Positions 9,766 through 22,862 of a DNA stretch of 64,000 nt are shown here, in pieces. Under the pieces are notes generated by a model. It saw nothing but the letters and a program-made list of their open reading frames with translations, was not told where the DNA came from and did no database searches. Position 1 is the first letter of the stretch; each line of letters begins with the position of its first letter. Source of the DNA: Candidatus Heimdallarchaeota archaeon (GTDB lineage: Archaea > Asgardarchaeota > Heimdallarchaeia > JABLTI01); assembly GCA_019058275.1 (NCBI GenBank), contig JAHLVW010000036.1, forward strand, positions 64,001 to 128,000, written 5' to 3'. Position numbers and translations under genes: made by a program.

Positions 9766-9960
9766 TTATTTTTCCCACTCATGTTTACATTCTCTACATC
9801 TAAATTTCCTAAGAACTTTGAAACTAGTTGAACCACTGCTTCTACTACTGCAAGTAACAACATTGTAAGGACTTTTTTGAGCAACCATAACTAAGATATT
9901 AGATGTTGTGCATTTGGGGCAGTTCATCATAACCACTTGTGTTTTTTTACTCTCACACAA
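9766..9960 (-). CDS. Small zinc-ribbon protein
   Basis: CPKC...CRECKHEW; true start may be the ATG at 9930. Confidence 0.6.
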   Translation of the reverse strand: MCESKKTQVVMMNCPKCTTSNILVMVAQKSPYNVVTCSSRSSGSTSFKVLRKFRCRECKHEWEK

Positions 9961-10050
9961 ATAAAATATTTGTGATTATTATGTTAATACGATATATTGG
10001 TCAAAATACAAGATAACTATAGCTATTTTATAAAGACGAGATGAGAGAAG

Positions 10051-10461
10051 TTAATCATCAATCTCTAAACCACAATTTGAGCAATATTGTGAGTTCTCTT
10101 CTTTAGCTTCACCACAAAATTTACAGAATTTTGCGTTATTGGAAGCATTAGGAGTTGGGACTTGTGGTTTATGTGTTGGATCACTTTCGATAATATAATC
10201 AGATGTATCCAAATCTGTTGAATAATGTCTAACTTCTGCTTCTTGTGGAACTGAGGAGAATCCATATGCAACATATCTCAATGTTGAGCTGACAGCACCT
10301 ATTAGTGAGAAACCTATAATCATCCAAACCCACCATGCATTATGCCACCAACCTACAAGTAAATCTCCAATAATATAGAAGAAGAAGAAAACAAATGCAA
10401 AAGATGCCCAGGCACTAATTAAAGCATTATAACGTCGTTTTCTAAATCTTGAATCATTCAC
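10051..10461 (-). CDS. 2-TM protein with C-terminal zinc ribbon
   Basis: Two hydrophobic helices; FCKFCG...YCSNCG. Confidence 0.75.
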   Translation of the reverse strand: MNDSRFRKRRYNALISAWASFAFVFFFFYIIGDLLVGWWHNAWWVWMIIGFSLIGAVSSTLRYVAYGFSSVPQEAEVRHYSTDLDTSDYIIESDPTHKPQVPTPNASNNAKFCKFCGEAKEENSQYCSNCGLEIDD

Positions 10462-10616
10462 TTATTTTCACCATTACTGAGTATAATTATAATCTTCTAA
10501 GATTTAAACAATACCAATTACTAAACAAAATTTCTCTCTAGTTTGAACTTGTCTTATTAGATGTAAAAAGTATGATAGACAAAAATCTAAGAAATAAAGG
10601 AAAAAAATGAGAATAG

Positions 10617-11448
10617 CTAAAAATTAGTCTCATTTTTTTAATTTTCTATAATAGAAGACAGCAATAATACTCACACTAAAAAGACAGAAAATAGTTAGTA
10701 TTATTGACAAATTATTTGTTGTTAGTGTTGTTGTTGGTGCACCTATATTTAGAATTGTAATAATCATAGTCGTCGTCAGTTTCTCTTAATTGTGAGTAAA
10801 GTGAGTCAGAAGTGTCGTTCTTATATGTGAAAAAGAGTTCAAATCTATCACCAACTGTAATTAAAGGATCATTCGCCAATTCTATGTCTGATGAATCAAA
10901 AAGCATAGATAATTCTACTGAAATATGGGAATTAGCTGTGTATTAACATCTACCAAAGATATCATTAGTTCCTCCATCATCAAAATCACATTATCCAAGA
11001 CCATCATCTTCCATATGACCATCAATGGTTACATTATTGTGCATGATAATTGATTTCACATCATGACCGCCTAAGAATCTAAATCCTTGGATCTTGTATC
11101 CATTATTTCTTCAGAGCTAACTCTAAAGATTATACCTAATTCATCATCACCAGTTGTATTATCAATTATCGTTATACAAAAATAGAGAACTTCATTAGTA
11201 CAATACATTGATTTGACAGAGATGTTCATTTCAATCGTTTGATCTAATAAATTATATAATGTAATTTCTTGAGCAATTGCACTATTCCATTCTGTGCTTC
11301 CTAAGACTCCATCAATAGTAGGTGCAGTACTTTCTATCTAATAAATTGTACCTGTCTGTGTTTTTGAATTAATTACCATTAAAGAAAGAAAACTCATTAT
11401 GCTTAACAACAAAATCGAATATAAAATCACTTTATTAATGCTATTCAA
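10617..11448 (-). pseudogene. Decayed secreted, membrane-anchored protein (CBM9/DOMON-like N-terminus)
   Basis: Signal peptide, APTIDGVLGSTEW, C-terminal Thr linker plus TM; TAG at 11338-40, TAA at 10991-93 and 10943-45, and two frameshifts. Confidence 0.7.
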
Positions 11449-11578
11449 AAAAATCCCCCCTTATTATTTACAAAGAAATGTTAACTTCTGATTATATTTA
11501 GTTTTCTGCCAAAAGAAATTGCAATTATTATAGAATTAAAATAAATAAAAATAAGAAGAAAAATGGGTTTTTCTTCTA

Positions 11579-12094
11579 TTAGCTTTCATTAATAACAACT
11601 GTTTTTGCTTGTTGGTCTGCAAATTGTTGGTTATTGGGATCATTATTCATAAGATAAATACCAACTAAGAAGAAGAAAAGCGTATCAATAATCGTAAAGA
11701 CTAATCTCATAAGTGTAGTTCCTACGTCTACATGTTCCATTTTTCTTATTTTGCCTGTTTCAAGATCCTCTACAATCATTATACGAATTTTCATGAACTT
11801 CTTGCCTATGGATTGTCCTTCATGTCTTGCTGACCAAAATATCAGATAGTAAATGTTAAAGATTGAACCAGCAAGGACTGATATAACACCTATAATTGTA
11901 TACATAATATAAAATGAGTCATCAGGAACTGTATTATTTATATTAACTGCCCACATAATGAGCCAAACAATTAACATAATAAAACCTCCAATACAAAGAT
12001 AGTCTTGTACTACTAGGAAATCAATCAGATAAGCCATAATCCTATCGCCTATAGATGCTAAAGGCTCTTTAATAGTAGTTTTACTTTCACTCAT
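11579..12094 (-). CDS. RDD family membrane protein
   Basis: RIMAYLID, GQSIGKKFMKIRI, QQFADQQAKTVV. Confidence 0.9.
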   Translation of the reverse strand: MSESKTTIKEPLASIGDRIMAYLIDFLVVQDYLCIGGFIMLIVWLIMWAVNINNTVPDDSFYIMYTIIGVISVLAGSIFNIYYLIFWSARHEGQSIGKKFMKIRIMIVEDLETGKIRKMEHVDVGTTLMRLVFTIIDTLFFFLVGIYLMNNDPNNQQFADQQAKTVVINES

Positions 12095-12225
12095 GGAGTA
12101 TCCTCCAATATATCTAAATTAGTTTAATTTATCAGATTATAGAATTTTAGCAAGTCAAAAAACAAAGTAAAAATCCAGATATAAAGAATAAAAAAGCTCA
12201 AAACAAGTATTTTGAGCATCTAAAA

Positions 12226-12621
12226 TCAAAGCTTCTTCCATATCATTTCTACTAGTTTTCCTATTTTCTCAACAACAGGTACCATTGCTTCTGCTGAAGC
12301 TAAACCAACATCTCGAGCGATTTTCATTAATGAAGTGTGAGAATCAATTACTTTGTCTCCTTCCTCATAAACTACGAAACTACATGGAAATAGTAAACCC
12401 ACGTTATAGTGTGCTTCCAATGACATCTTTGTTAATTCTGAACCACATGCAAGAATTGTAGTGTATTTTGGTTGATCAATTATACCAAGTTTCTTCTTAA
12501 ATATTTCATCTATCGATTTAACAAGCAAAACTGAAAAGCCTTCTTCTTGAACTGTTTTATTGACGTGTTCTGCAGCTTCATCAAAACTCATTAACATATC
12601 TTTTTTTAGAACTTCAACCAT
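12226..12621 (-). CDS. DUF302 family protein
   Basis: YTTILAC...VGLLFPCSFVVYE. Confidence 0.85.
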   Translation of the reverse strand: MVEVLKKDMLMSFDEAAEHVNKTVQEEGFSVLLVKSIDEIFKKKLGIIDQPKYTTILACGSELTKMSLEAHYNVGLLFPCSFVVYEEGDKVIDSHTSLMKIARDVGLASAEAMVPVVEKIGKLVEMIWKKL

Positions 12622-12826
12622 TTTTTATCACCTATTCAATAGGTAATCTTCCTTGTTAAAAAGCTCCATGACTTTATTTCTAAGGTATAACATGGCAGAA
12701 ATTACTAAAAAAAATAAAAAATATTGTATCCATCATTTCAGATAGATTTAATTACTTGAGAATAATTGTCACTAATAATTCTTCCATAATTTAAAGATGA
12801 TAGCAAATAAGTAGGGAAAGTAAAAA

Positions 12827-13249
12827 ATGTCTGCTGGTAGAATTGTGAGACTTTTTATTAGTCATTCATGGGATCATGATGATGATTATATTAATCTTAT
12901 TAAACTACTCCGAAAAATAGACATGTTTGAATTTTACAATTATAGCGTTCCTGAATATGATCCTCTTGTAGCTGATGGTGATAAAGAATTAATGCAGGAA
13001 CTTTGTGATCAACTGCGAGGATGTCAAGTACTAATAGTTATTGCTAGTGTGTATCCTTCCTATAGTGAATGGATACAAAAGGAAGTATTAATAGCACGTG
13101 TCTATGGTAAACCAATTCTTGGAGTTATTCCAAGAGGACAAAAACGAATTTCTACTTTTGTTAGAACATATTCTGACAAACTAGTTGGATGGAATTCTAT
13201 ATCAATTGCTAAAGCGATTATTAAATTACTAGAAGAGGATAAACGCTGA
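12827..13249 (+). CDS. TIR-domain protein, ThsB/MTH538 (DUF1863) type
   Basis: FISHSW, NYSVP..DP, SEWIQKE (catalytic-position E86), KPILGV, VGWNS. Confidence 0.88.
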   Translation: MSAGRIVRLFISHSWDHDDDYINLIKLLRKIDMFEFYNYSVPEYDPLVADGDKELMQELCDQLRGCQVLIVIASVYPSYSEWIQKEVLIARVYGKPILGVIPRGQKRISTFVRTYSDKLVGWNSISIAKAIIKLLEEDKR

Positions 13250-13251
13250 TT

Positions 13252-13815
13252 TTATACAAATGGATTTGGGATTACCTCTTTAGCAACTAGTATCAAAATT
13301 ACTGATATTGTAACTAGAGCTATTGAATACAGACTAAGTAAGCTAATTGGTATCCATTGTTCTATAAAGGTTAATTCATGATGCTTCTTCAATGGTTTCT
13401 CTTGTAATTTGCTGATTTGCCATTCAGCAAGTAACCCCTTAACCGGTAATTTTTTCTCAATCTCATTAATAACTTTGTATTTGCAACTGTTAAGATTCTT
13501 ATAATAGATAATAAGCAACCACCAACTAATAGAAACAAAAATACCTACGATTAAAATCATTGGAACAACTACAACTAAATCATTACTCATTAAAATGCCC
13601 AAAGCAACAAAAAGGAAACTATTAGCTGTGAGATAGAAACTGTTTGTTGTTGCTCTACGAGCACTGATTCTGTCAGCCATTTCAACATAAAGCTTGTACT
13701 GATCAAAAATAAGACTAGTATTATCTTGAAGACTATCTTTTGTGTTAAACATCTCTTCCAGAGGATTCTTATCATTCGATTTTGTTGACTGTTTTATTGC
13801 TTTTTTGTCAGGCAT
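13252..13815 (-). CDS. Small multi-TM protein, candidate pore-type effector (RipA/SLATT-like)
   Basis: QYKLYVEMADRISARRATTNSFY + 2 TM + W..I..YKNLNSCKYKVINEIEKKLP..EW + TM. Confidence 0.65.
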   Translation of the reverse strand: MPDKKAIKQSTKSNDKNPLEEMFNTKDSLQDNTSLIFDQYKLYVEMADRISARRATTNSFYLTANSFLFVALGILMSNDLVVVVPMILIVGIFVSISWWLLIIYYKNLNSCKYKVINEIEKKLPVKGLLAEWQISKLQEKPLKKHHELTFIEQWIPISLLSLYSIALVTISVILILVAKEVIPNPFV

Positions 13816-14010
13816 AAAATCACAAACTAGTTCTTGAACTTTTCACTTATACAATATCCAAATCAGTGCTACCTTAAAAATTTTTGTTGTAAACCTCAAA
13901 TAGCAATCTGAACTAATTTTTTTATTAAATATTCGATACATTTTAAACTGCAATGTATGATGAAAATTATAACTGGTAAATTCGATTCTTAAAATGAAGG
14001 ATGATATTGT

Positions 14011-14565
14011 ATGTTTGAAGGAAAAATGGTAAGGCTACGGTCATTTGAATTAGAAGATTTAGATAGCATCATGCAACAATGGAATAAGATTAATTTGCGA
14101 AGAGAACTAGGTCCAATTGTTCCACATTCACGTAAAGAAAGGGAAGATTGGATTAGAAAAACGTGGGTTGATAGAAGAAATGGAAAAGCTTATGCCTTTG
14201 CAATAGATGATCTCAAAACTGGTGAATTCTTAGGCCATTGCATTCTAAATAATGTCAGATCAATAAACAGAACTGCATCAATTAGTGTAGCAATCTATGA
14301 TGAGAATAATCGTAGTAAGGGATATGGTACTGATGCAGTTAGAGTCTTACTAAAATTTGGTTTTGATTATCTAAATCTGCACCGAATTGGCTTAAATGTC
14401 TTCGATACAAATCCTAGAGCAATTCATGTTTATGAAAAAGTAGGTTTCAAGAAAGTAGGTATAATGAGACATACTGATTTCGTTGGGGGCGTATATGTAA
14501 ACGATGTAGCAATGGACATTCTTGAGGATGAATGGAGAGAATTGTATAAAAAAGAAAAGAAATAG
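14011..14565 (+). CDS. GNAT acetyltransferase, RimJ/RimL type
   Basis: RSKGYGTDAV, FDYLNLHRI, NPRAIHVYEKVGF. Confidence 0.92.
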   Translation: MFEGKMVRLRSFELEDLDSIMQQWNKINLRRELGPIVPHSRKEREDWIRKTWVDRRNGKAYAFAIDDLKTGEFLGHCILNNVRSINRTASISVAIYDENNRSKGYGTDAVRVLLKFGFDYLNLHRIGLNVFDTNPRAIHVYEKVGFKKVGIMRHTDFVGGVYVNDVAMDILEDEWRELYKKEKK

Positions 14566-14582
14566 GAAGAATAGTTACATTC

Positions 14583-15950
14583 CTATAAACATATCCAAAA
14601 CCATTTAGCATATTCAGGCGAATTTAATACTCAAGTGTCCGAAGGGATATGTATGTGGTTATCAAATCCGAACCTTTCAGCAACAGTTTCATAAACGAAA
14701 CCACATGTTCCAAATGATACATCATCGTCTATTGAATTAATAAAATAGTTTCTAACAATATCCACACTGCTTATTTCATCATACCATTGCAATGTATAAC
14801 TGATTACTCCTAAATCACCTAAGGTCATAATGACATCTATTGCAGTAATAACATCTTCATGGAATAAATCATTGCGAAGATTATGGGGAGTTACAGTAAT
14901 ATCATTAAATACCATAGTTTCTTCAGTTTTTATAATTCTGACTTCAAGAATGATAACTGCACCATTGTTTTCTTCGTATCTGAAGGTTTCCTCTCGATAG
15001 TACTCATAGATATCTGATATGAAATCTTCTGAAGTAGTGTATACCACAAAGGTTGTTCCTTCTTTCCAAGGATAATGATCCATGTGAAATACATTGTTCT
15101 CTCGCCATCCACCACTATAGTATGCATAGTACCACCAGTTACTTTTACCATCTGGTGAATCTATGACATCTGTGTTAAGTAAAGGATTGAAATGATAGGT
15201 CATATTTAACTTCCCCTGTTTTTCCAAGTGAACTAAAATATCAAACAAGGAAAAAGCTCCATCTGAAAAATATCCGGTCGAACTGTTTCAACTAGTGATG
15301 AATTGAAATCAAAAGAATCAGTTCCTATTCTTAATGATGAATTGATACCTCGATCATTATCTGGCAGAAAGAAAATTGTACCTTTTGGGATTGCTGCGAT
15401 TATAATTATTGTAATGAGTGCTGATGTTGCAATGGTTGTTGCAGTATTTGGAGTTATACTCTTTACTTTGTTACGAATAAAGACAAACTTTACTCCAATA
15501 GCAACATGGATAATTATGAAGATAGTTAGCAGTGAATCAAAGATTCTATGCCATTCAAATGTTATGACTTTACATATTGAACTAGCATACCACTCGTATC
15601 CGTTAAGACCTGAAAGAACAACGAATATTGCTGTAATAATTATTAGCCAGCTTGAAACCCTTGATGTGATTTTTAGAACATATAAGAAGGTTGCTCTTCT
15701 ATTTTTAACATTCGATATCATTCTGGACCATTTAGCTCGCATAAAGATTGCTGTGTAGATAATATGAGTAATTAAAATTGGTAGAAATATCCATTCAATA
15801 ACCCTATGAATTGTAGCCATTCGATAATAATTATCAAACCAGCCATGAGTAAGACTATAACCAGTATAGATAGTTGCAGTTGCTAGAGGTACAAGCAACT
15901 AAGAAATAATTCTATGAATAATTACTTTTATATTGGGTATATTCTAACAA
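14583..15950 (-). pseudogene. Decayed cytochrome-b-like membrane protein fused to a soluble domain
   Basis: ORFs 15233-15898 and 14631-15248 join by a frameshift in a T run near 15268 (RPDIF|SDGAFSLFDIL); in-frame TAG at 15899-901 (HRIIS*LLVP); TGA at 14631-33 followed by VLNSPEYAKWFWICL*; paired His in TM helices; start uncertain. Confidence 0.7.
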
Positions 15951-16063
15951 GGTTATACACGCTACGGTGAAATAATAAAATACTCGATTATTTCTTGAGA
16001 AGAAAATTCCATTTTGTTTTAGGATATATACTGTTTATAGTAAATCTTTATTAGATTCTAAAT

Positions 16064-16252
16064 TCACTCGTCATATTTTCGACCTACAATCTTCATATAC
16101 TTAGCTAATTTGTCATGTAATCTGTCAACTTGTTGAATAACACTCTCTATTTCTATCCGCTCCATTCCCTCAACGATATTTGCTTCATTAAACTCAGATA
16201 TTTTATTATTTAGTTGTTCAAAAGCTTGCAATAAGTCTCTGCTTTTCTTCAT
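16064..16252 (-). CDS. Small helical hypothetical protein
   Basis: 62 aa, amphipathic; GAGGG upstream of ATG. Confidence 0.55.
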   Translation of the reverse strand: MKKSRDLLQAFEQLNNKISEFNEANIVEGMERIEIESVIQQVDRLHDKLAKYMKIVGRKYDE

Positions 16253-16363
16253 CTACAGCCCTCTGGAAAATGTGCAAAGAAATACACATTGTTAACATGT
16301 AAAAATAATGGATAGTTTGATATAATTTCTATGGTCCAATTGAGCTTAAAAGAGAGTGGGTTT

Positions 16364-16435
16364 GAGATGGACTGAAGAAGGAAAGGAAATGTATCAGTCC
16401 ATCTCGGTTCTTTAGCCGGAGAATTATTGCTAAAG
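16364..16435. repeat. Two adjacent hairpins (12-bp and 7-bp stems)
   Basis: GAGATGGACTGA-N18-TCAGTCCATCTC (16364-16405); CTTTAGC-N12-GCTAAAG (16410-16435). Confidence 0.7.
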
Positions 16436-16984
16436 CATGACATAATGGATTATTAATCCTGTTCACTTCATTAGGGGGGCTATTTGGTTTGTCTAGTTTT
16501 TCTGGAGGATAGATTAACTAGTTTTCTCCGGCATATGGAAAGTGTTTTTGGGATTCTTATGTTCTAAAAGTTCTTGGCTTTTCTCCAGCTTTGTTTTGAT
16601 TTATAATCAGGATTCTTTTTGGTTCTTTGTTACCAAGTTAATTGTTTCGTTGTGATTAGATTGTTATTATGAATTGTTATTTTGTAATCATTGACTGTTA
16701 GTTATTTTATGGAGAGTTTGTTTTTCTTTGTAAGGTGATCGTTTTAGCAACCAGTTTTGTCGTTGTTTTTAGTTTTCTAGTTGTTTGCCAAGGTTTTGAG
16801 GTGAATAATTGTGGTTTGTTATCCAATTAATACATCATCTTGAAACTATTAAAGCGTTTTAGAAAAAACGCTATGTGCTTGTAGGCAAAGGATACGGGGA
16901 TTCTAATAAAAACATCCGCTCTTTTTTTGTGATAGTGACAAAAAGAAAAAGTAGATTTTCACAAAATAATTGCTGTTAATCTGA

Positions 16985-17668
16985 CTAGTCGTATAATGAA
17001 TTTAATTTAAAAACAAATTCTTTTGCTTCAGTAATAGATAAATCATACCAATTTTTGTATGCACTAGCTACTGCAAATGAAAATCCCTCACGAATATTCA
17101 AACAATATATTTTAGTAACAAAAGGCAAAATATTTTCAACAGATCTAAGTGGAGCTGTTGGAACAGCCAAGGTAATTTCAGATGCTCCCAATTTTTTTAT
17201 CCATTGGGAACCTGCTTTCATTGAAAATCCAGAAGCAATTCCATCATCAACAATTAAAATTTTTTTATTTTCAAGAGAGGGTATATCTGGAAGGCCAAAC
17301 TCAGCTCGAAGCTTAGTTATTCTCTCTATTGCTTGTTTAATCTGAACTTTTGTTTGCGAATTTGAAATGGTATAATGTGAGATTAACTGATCATTAAGAA
17401 TCACTTGCCCATCTGGTGTAACTGCTCCCATGCCTGCTTCTGTCGACCATGGAACTTGTACTTTACGAACTATCAATAAGTTATAAGGAATAATATCAAA
17501 ATCCTTAGCTGATAGTAAACCAAAACCTACTGGTAAACCACCACTAGGAATTATGAGCAAAATATCAAACTCACTCTTTTGAATTAACTTTGCAAGCATC
17601 TCCCCAGCTTGAACTCGAGTATCAAAAATGTATTCCTTATTGTGTAAGCTTTTATCCTCTACTATCAC
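16985..17668 (-). CDS. Phosphoribosyltransferase family protein
   Basis: ILIVDDGIASGFS PRPP-binding loop; IPSGGLPVG. Confidence 0.9.
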   Translation of the reverse strand: MIVEDKSLHNKEYIFDTRVQAGEMLAKLIQKSEFDILLIIPSGGLPVGFGLLSAKDFDIIPYNLLIVRKVQVPWSTEAGMGAVTPDGQVILNDQLISHYTISNSQTKVQIKQAIERITKLRAEFGLPDIPSLENKKILIVDDGIASGFSMKAGSQWIKKLGASEITLAVPTAPLRSVENILPFVTKIYCLNIREGFSFAVASAYKNWYDLSITEAKEFVFKLNSLYD

Positions 17669-17745
17669 AACACATCAAATATACTATTCAAACTTGATTA
17701 AAATAAATTGTTAACAGAGAATCGAATAAAGTTTGAATCCTATCA

Positions 17746-18135
17746 TTAATTTTGACCATGACATGCTTCTATGGTCCAATCGATGAGAGGTAATAGAGCT
17801 GAAGCAAGATTTTCTCCTTTCTTAGTTAAAAAATATTCAACTTTTGGGGGCAATTCAGGAAAGACTTCTCTTTGAAGCAATCCTTCTTTAGTGAATTCAT
17901 TCAATCTTGTAGATAGTGTTGCATCACTAATTCGATCTTTTTTCCATCCTTTTTGGAGCATATCTCTGAGTTTATGATATCGAATTCTTTTACCATCTTT
18001 CAGTAGATAAATTAATCTAATTCCCCATTTTTTACTAATTAGTTTAAGCATTCTTTGAGCTGGAATAAAACAAGGGAAACTTTTGTTATCTTTCAAACAA
18101 TCATCTTTTTTGGGGGTTTCTATAACGTCTTTCAT
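17746..18135 (-). CDS. HxlR family transcriptional regulator
   Basis: KKWGIRLI, ISDATLSTRL, REVFPELPPKVEYFLTKKG. Confidence 0.9.
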   Translation of the reverse strand: MKDVIETPKKDDCLKDNKSFPCFIPAQRMLKLISKKWGIRLIYLLKDGKRIRYHKLRDMLQKGWKKDRISDATLSTRLNEFTKEGLLQREVFPELPPKVEYFLTKKGENLASALLPLIDWTIEACHGQN

Positions 18136-18180
18136 ATTACTTCACATTCTTGAAGTTACTCAAAAGTAATTTAGCGAGAC

Positions 18181-18234
18181 TTTAAATATAAATACTTTCA
18201 TAACTAAAGTAATAATACTTTAAAAATTAAAGTG
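18181..18234 (+). promoter_or_regulatory. TATA box followed by tandem operators TACTTT-N7-AAAGT
   Basis: TTTAAATA at 18181; palindromes at 18193-18211 and 18216-18234. Confidence 0.6.
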
Positions 18235-18244
18235 TGGTGAAGAA

Positions 18245-18403
18245 ATGAATAATGATTGCAAAGGAAAACCTAAACACAAATGTGGAGAATTCAAAGGAAA
18301 TGAAGATAAAGAAGCAAAACTCAAGCATCTAAAGGAATGTAGAGAAGATTTGTTAGAAAAAGTCGATGAAATAGATCAAGCAATTAAAAAGCTAGAAGAG
18401 TAA
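18245..18403 (+). CDS. 52-aa Cys-containing coiled-coil protein (DUF5320-like)
   Basis: MNNDCKGKPKHKCGEFKGNEDKEAKLKHLKECREDLLEKVDEIDQAIKKLEE*; GGTGA RBS; absent from the ORF track. Confidence 0.7.
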   Translation: MNNDCKGKPKHKCGEFKGNEDKEAKLKHLKECREDLLEKVDEIDQAIKKLEE

Positions 18404-18412
18404 ATAAATTAC

Positions 18413-21616
<3,204 letters not shown>

Positions 21617-21777
21617 TTATTCAATAAATTCTTAAAATATTATTGGAATGTAGGAATATTCGTTAAAAGTAATTTTTTATCTAAAAACATTATTTGAAGT
21701 GCACAAAATGAATACAAATTCTAAAAAATCAGCAAAACCACAAATAACATTTAAACAATAAAAACTAAAGATTATGT

Positions 21778-22233
21778 ATGATAGCTAATTTTCTAAAAAC
21801 AGCAATTGATAGGCATTTTGATGAAACAAAATCAATAATAATGCAATTATCAGATGATATATTTGACAGTAAAGCAACACAAAAAACACGAAAAACTGCA
21901 GAAATTATACTACATATGATTAGATCTTTCGAATTTTACTCTCGAGGTTTAAGTGAAGGTGAATGGATTCCCGCACCTTACAGTTTATCAAAATATAATG
22001 ATTCTCAGAAAGTATTAGCTCTTTATGATGAAGTTGTATCAATTACTAAATCATATTTAGAGAAATTAACAGATGAATCATTAGAAGAAATACTAAACCA
22101 ATTTAATCGTACTGCAACAAAAGGTGAACTCTTATTGGAAATGCTTGAACATAGCGTACATCATAGAGGGCAACTTACTGTTTATTATAGATTATATGAA
22201 AAAAAGCCAGCAGAAATTAAATACATAATATAA
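21778..22233 (+). CDS. DinB family protein
   Basis: ILHM...EHSVHHRGQLTVY. Confidence 0.88.
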   Translation: MIANFLKTAIDRHFDETKSIIMQLSDDIFDSKATQKTRKTAEIILHMIRSFEFYSRGLSEGEWIPAPYSLSKYNDSQKVLALYDEVVSITKSYLEKLTDESLEEILNQFNRTATKGELLLEMLEHSVHHRGQLTVYYRLYEKKPAEIKYII

Positions 22234-22333
22234 AAAAAAGAGATGGTACTTTCAATTGTAAACATTTTTATCGAGAAATAAATATGATAACATAAAAGAA
22301 TTACAATCTAAATTATTGTAATAAAGAATCAAG

Positions 22334-22777
22334 GTGAAATTTTTGAACCCAAGATGGAGAATACCTGGAAGAATAATTCGTAATGCTGTTAGAAGAAATG
22401 TACGACGTAATGTCAGAAGACAAATAAGAAGATCATTTATGCGTCGTAGAGCTAGAAGATGGATAGTTGGTGGAGCAGTCCTTTTGGCAATTGCAGGAAC
22501 TCATAGAGCAGTAAAATTACGTGATGAAGATGCAAAACAACTGGAACAGCATTATGGTCGACCAGTTGAAGAATTGTCTGAAGATGAAATTAATCAAGGA
22601 ATGAACTATTACAATATGCAACCACTAACAATCGAAGAAGATGATAGACAGAAGATTTATGATGACGATGATCAAGCAGAAGGATTCAAAGCTCAAGGTC
22701 AAAAGTATTGTATTCAATGTGGATATTTACTTCTCAGAGATGCAAGCTTTTGCAAAAGCTGTGGAGCTCAAGTTTAA
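22334..22777 (+). CDS. Arg-rich N-terminal protein with C-terminal zinc ribbon
   Basis: RRNVRRNVRRQIRRSFMRRRARR; YCIQCG...FCKSCG. Confidence 0.7.
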   Translation: MKFLNPRWRIPGRIIRNAVRRNVRRNVRRQIRRSFMRRRARRWIVGGAVLLAIAGTHRAVKLRDEDAKQLEQHYGRPVEELSEDEINQGMNYYNMQPLTIEEDDRQKIYDDDDQAEGFKAQGQKYCIQCGYLLLRDASFCKSCGAQV

Positions 22778-22834
22778 TTGTTCATACAATTAAGCTACCT
22801 CATTTTTCTTTCTATTATGACTAATTCATAGTTA

Positions 22835-22862
22835 AATATCACTATATAGAATATCACTATAT
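22835..22862 (+). promoter_or_regulatory. 13-bp direct repeat at the start of the wHTH regulator
   Basis: AATATCACTATAT at 22835 and 22850. Confidence 0.45.

Noticed and set aside
14631-14633. In-frame TGA as selenocysteine
   Set aside because: Not in a Cys-type redox context, the gene has other lesions, and no SECIS-like element was recognised
16249-16443. 64-aa ORF in the track
   Set aside because: Runs through strong hairpins and the likely promoter of the next gene; no protein-like features
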